Position numbers and translations under genes: made by a program. DNA of 64,000 nucleotides from Sphaerodactylus townsendi. Taxonomy: Eukaryota. Of the stretch, positions 60,116 through 64,000 are shown one piece after another. The notes beneath the pieces were generated by a model. The model saw only the letters and a list, made by a program, of their open reading frames with translations. It was not told where the DNA came from and did no database searches. The stretch covers positions 29,760,001 through 29,824,000 of the forward strand of contig NC_059436.1 of NCBI RefSeq assembly GCF_021028975.2, read 5' to 3'. Positions within the stretch are counted from its first letter, which is position 1. The number at the start of each line of letters is the position of its first letter.

Positions 60116-62600
60116 GTAAGTCAGGAGGCACTTGGGTCAACCTCACTGCCTTCCTTAAATGGTCATCCATATCAGAGGATTACACTCATGAGAGGGATTC
60201 TTCCTGCAGTTTAAATGCAATGATTTTTCCCAACAGGAAATGAATTATCCTCTCTATATTTTGCTTCTGAGAACCAAACTAGATACAACAGCATCTACAG
60301 GTTGAACTCTTGAATGCCCATTTTAGCAGGGTCACATCTAAAGTATGGCAGGTATGGCATGTGCCCTGGGCACCACTTGAAGGTGGGTTGCATCGCTGCC
60401 TGCCTGGCCATGCCATCCACGCACCTTGCTTTGTCTGCTGTCTGACCCCTTGGCATAACTCAATCATTGGCAGTGCTGTACATGCCCCACATCAAGCCAA
60501 GCTTTAGGGAGAGACTTTCACTGCCCTGAGCCAGCAACAGGGATTAGGAGGGTACCCAAGGGGCACGCCAGTACCACATGGGTGCTGTTTTCCATAGAAA
60601 TGGCCTCCCGTTTTAGAGAAGAATTTCTCCATTTAAAAGTGCTGACCTCCCCCCACCACCCCTGAATAGTTATGGGAGTGAGGACAAGACTCTGGGCCCT
60701 CACAGCATTTTTAAATGGCTGACCTCTTCTCCAAAACAGCATCAGCATCCACAAGTAACATCTGGTTTGGCCCTGAGACTGAAGACTGGCTTAACAGCCA
60801 AAGGTTAGTTGGGAAGCACACTTGGGGAGTTTGATTTGCATGGACCACTCCCTTTACATTGTCAGACTTTAAAGAAATTGGTCACAGAAGCCACCTCTGG
60901 CCAGTTTTAATCGCCTGGAGCTGTTTATAAATTCTTATCCTCCCCACAAGGGAGTGTTTACATGTCATATAGATTCTGTGAAACTAAAGGAGATGTTACT
61001 GATGTGTTGCCCGGTGCCGGCTCTGGCAGCAATCATTGGTGCATTTGTTGAAGTCTCCTCAGGTCTGGAATAGATTTCTTGAAAGGCAGATTCTCTCTTG
61101 TCCTTTTGCAAGGGATGTAAACTCTTCCTTTTTGAGTAGCCACTAAATTAAACATGAGGTGGTTTTTGGCTGCAAATATTTTTGTATTAGATGTTGCAGA
61201 TAGTTTTTTTTAATGAATTCTTGAACACTGCTTTGAATGTGGCAACTACGTTTGTAAACCAAATGAATAAATATAGAGTTGAAAAAAACACTTGTATTTT
61301 ACTTATAAGACATCTGTCTGCATGTACACTGCTGCCTGGAATTTTCTGGTTTAAAACCCTTCACCCTCCTATTTCAGTTACTCGAGTTCTGTATTCTTGT
61401 GAGGTTGCTGCCTTCTCTTTCTTTGGCAGTCTCAAAGCCAGTGATCATCAGTGTGCATGCAGCAAGAAGGCATAGAGCATGCCCAGTAGTAAGCAGAGAA
61501 ACACTAGTGGGTGAAATAAGTGCAGTTCTGCTTAGAGTTGCTCTGTATGTTACCAAGAGGGAAGTAGCTGCTACTTGGTTCCCAGTTGCACTTGGAGCTC
61601 CTCTTGCATTGCCAATACTATATTGACCCAACAGGAAGGTGGTTTCCACACAGAGCCAGGCTTGTGCAATTTCCCCATAGCTGGTATGACTGTTAGGTTT
61701 CCCTGCTGTGTCACTACCCAAGCAGTGATTTTTTCCCCTATCTACCTGCGCTACTGTAGTCATTTTTGTTGCAGAGGTGTGTCTTTCCTTTTATATCTTC
61801 ACAATGAAAGGGGATAGAGACTTACTTTAAAAAATGACAGCTGAAAATTCAGAGAACCTTATGCACAATTTTTTATGTTTTGTTGATATAATTATTAACT
61901 TGCCAGTTTAAAACAAACAAAATAGGATCCCAATGGAAAGGGAAAGAAACAGCCCCCACAGAGTCAGGCAAAATAGTTACCATGAGGGTGAAAAATACCT
62001 AAACTTTCCCTCTCACACAGCAGCCAGACCAGGCTTTACTACAGTCTTTTTCAAAACTTCATACCAATGCGGGTTTGGTATGAAGGAAAGCTGGGGAAAC
62101 CCTGCAAGATATACTAACACGCTGTGATGCTTTGGAGGAGCAGGAAAAACTCTTGCTTTCCAGCAGCATTAAATCTGGGTCAGATACCTCTGTGTGGAAA
62201 GTGCTAAAGATTAGGAAGGTTCCTGAACCCAGAAATTGCATGTATCTCTCCAAGTATCAAAAGTTCAACCAAGAATGCCCCTCTCCCCTTCCCTAGGTTT
62301 TGTAGGCTTTATGTAGCATGATCCCACAGAGATGGTTCCTCTCGGGATCTTGCCTTGAAAAGCCCATCCTCCTCTTTGAGGGCAGCCCATCCTCTCCTTT
62401 GATGGCATCTGTTTATTCACCCGTTATTAATATTTGCATTATCCATTAAAGCAAAGATTAATGGCTTGGTTTTCTTTGGGTTTATTTAATTCTTAGGACT
62501 TTTCATCAGTCCTTAGAAGTGGCCTTGGTCCCAGATAAAATTCTGTATGTTTTTTTTCTTCAAACCACTTCCTGTTGTATATGTGTATTATTTTGCACAG

Positions 62601-62708
62601 GCAAACCAGAACCTCTGGTATTCCACATACCCCAGTCTTTCTTTGAAGCTCTTCAGCAGAGGATTTCTGTTGGTAGCACCAAGAAGCTGCTCCCGAATTC
62701 GACCACAG
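62601..62708 (+). CDS. C2orf42: C2orf42 coding exon 5
   Basis: gcacag|(G)[35 protein letters not shown] + G|gtatct; 108 nt. Confidence 0.93.
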
Positions 62709-63010
62709 GTATCTTATAGCCCTTTCACTCTATAACCCAGTCCTGATAAAATTCGACTGCACATCATTGCCAAATCATGATGGACCAGGTGGGTTGAGAC
62801 AGCATTCCCAGTAGAGCTGCACTTGTATTATTTCAGAAAGGAACAGAGATGGGGGAGGGGAGGTGCAGATAAAAAAAGCCCCATTCCCGGGATCCTGACA
62901 ATGTACATGAAGCAGAAGCAAAACCCCTTTTCATCAAATGTTACACCATGTTTGCAAGCCATAAAAGTTAGCTTGAAAGGTAACATGCCTAAAAAGCTCA
63001 TTTCTTCCAG

Positions 63011-63111
63011 CTTTTGTCCGGAAGGATGCCTTACCTCTGGGTACCTTTTCCAAATATACATGGCACATTACCAACATCTTACAGGTCAAACAAATCTTTG
63101 ATACTCCTGAG
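63011..63111 (+). CDS. C2orf42: C2orf42 coding exon 6
   Basis: ttccag|(A)[33 protein letters not shown]|gtaaga; 101 nt. Confidence 0.93.
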
Positions 63112-63418
63112 GTAAGACTCTTTTTTTGTGCAGGACTTTACTCTGTTATTATGGTTGGAGGAGATTGATGAAGAGAGAAAAGAGGAATCCAAGGGTGTCC
63201 ATTCAAATAGGCAGTGGACTATGGACTATGGACCTAGATTTGATTGATAAGGGCCTGGCCTTGTGTGACAATCTGTGGCTCGGCATCAGCATTCTAGACT
63301 GGTCTTGTGACCGCACTCTAGAATGGTTGCACTCTGAGACTACAGGGGGTGACCAGGCACCGGAGAGCCAATTGGTTGTATCCTGTTTTCAGCCCCCGTT
63401 CTTGGTTTCTCTTTCCAG

Positions 63419-63581
63419 ATGCCCTTGGAAATTACACGCAGCTTTATTCAGAACTGGGATGGTACTTATGAGCCTTTTAGGTGTCCCAAAGTTGAGGTGG
63501 AAAGCATCCCAGAGACGTACGGACGTCTAGAGAAGCAGCCAGTTCTCCGGCCTTTGGAGCTGAAAACTTTCCTGAAAGTTG
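63419..63581 (+). CDS. C2orf42: C2orf42 coding exon 7
   Basis: ttccag|[28 protein letters not shown]...LELKTFLKV + G|gtgagt; 163 nt. Confidence 0.93.
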
Positions 63582-63693
63582 GTGAGTCCGCCATCTGATC
63601 CATTTATAGCTGGTCTACCAGAGAACCTATTTTTCCTATGTGTGATGCTGGAAGAGACCCTGTAGTGCCCCTGTCCTGCTTTCTTCTTGCCAG

Positions 63694-63902
63694 GCAACAC
63701 TTCCCCAGATCAGAAGGAACCAACACCTTTCATAATTGAGTGGATCCCTGATATCCTCCCTCAGTCCAAGATCGGAGAATTGAGGATTAAGTTTGAATAT
63801 GGCCACTACAGGAATGGCCACACCACCGAATACCAGGAGCAACGCCCATCCCTGGAACAGACTCTGGAGCTCATGCCTCTCACCACCATCACATTTCCTT
63901 AA
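63694..63902 (+). CDS. C2orf42: C2orf42 terminal coding exon
   Basis: tgccag|(G)[37 protein letters not shown]...TTITFP*; total 573 aa. Confidence 0.93.
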
Positions 63903-64000
63903 ATTTGTTGCGTTCTCGCATAGCTGGTTTGCACAGCTCCCCACTTCGCAGCTGCTCAGCCTGTGCCATTTCTGAGTAGCCAATTGACTGGAGAGATTGC

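Overview
Vertebrate genomic DNA, most likely a squamate (gecko-like SINE, L2, Penelope and hAT repeats). It holds five complete spliced protein-coding genes in the order known from human 2p13.3: FAM136A (+, 3 exons, 138 aa), SNRPG (+, 4 exons, 76 aa), PCYOX1 (-, 6 exons, 507 aa), TIA1 (+, 13 exons, 392 aa) and C2orf42 (+, 8 coding exons, 573 aa). A tRNA-Gly(CCC) gene lies in the divergent PCYOX1/TIA1 promoter region. All exon chains were assembled by hand with GT-AG boundaries and consistent phases. No new multi-gene system is evident. The best leads are regulatory or protein-level: an 11-proline tract in the TIA1 prion-like domain, a cluster of PTC-containing candidate exons with weak donors and U-rich tracts in TIA1 intron 6, a spliced uORF stopping one codon before the C2orf42 start, a frameshifting tandem donor in C2orf42, a possible SNRPG/PCYOX1 3' overlap, a SPIN-type hAT MITE and a solo LTR nested in an L2 fragment. 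Gene and repeat names come from recalled sequence knowledge, not database searches.
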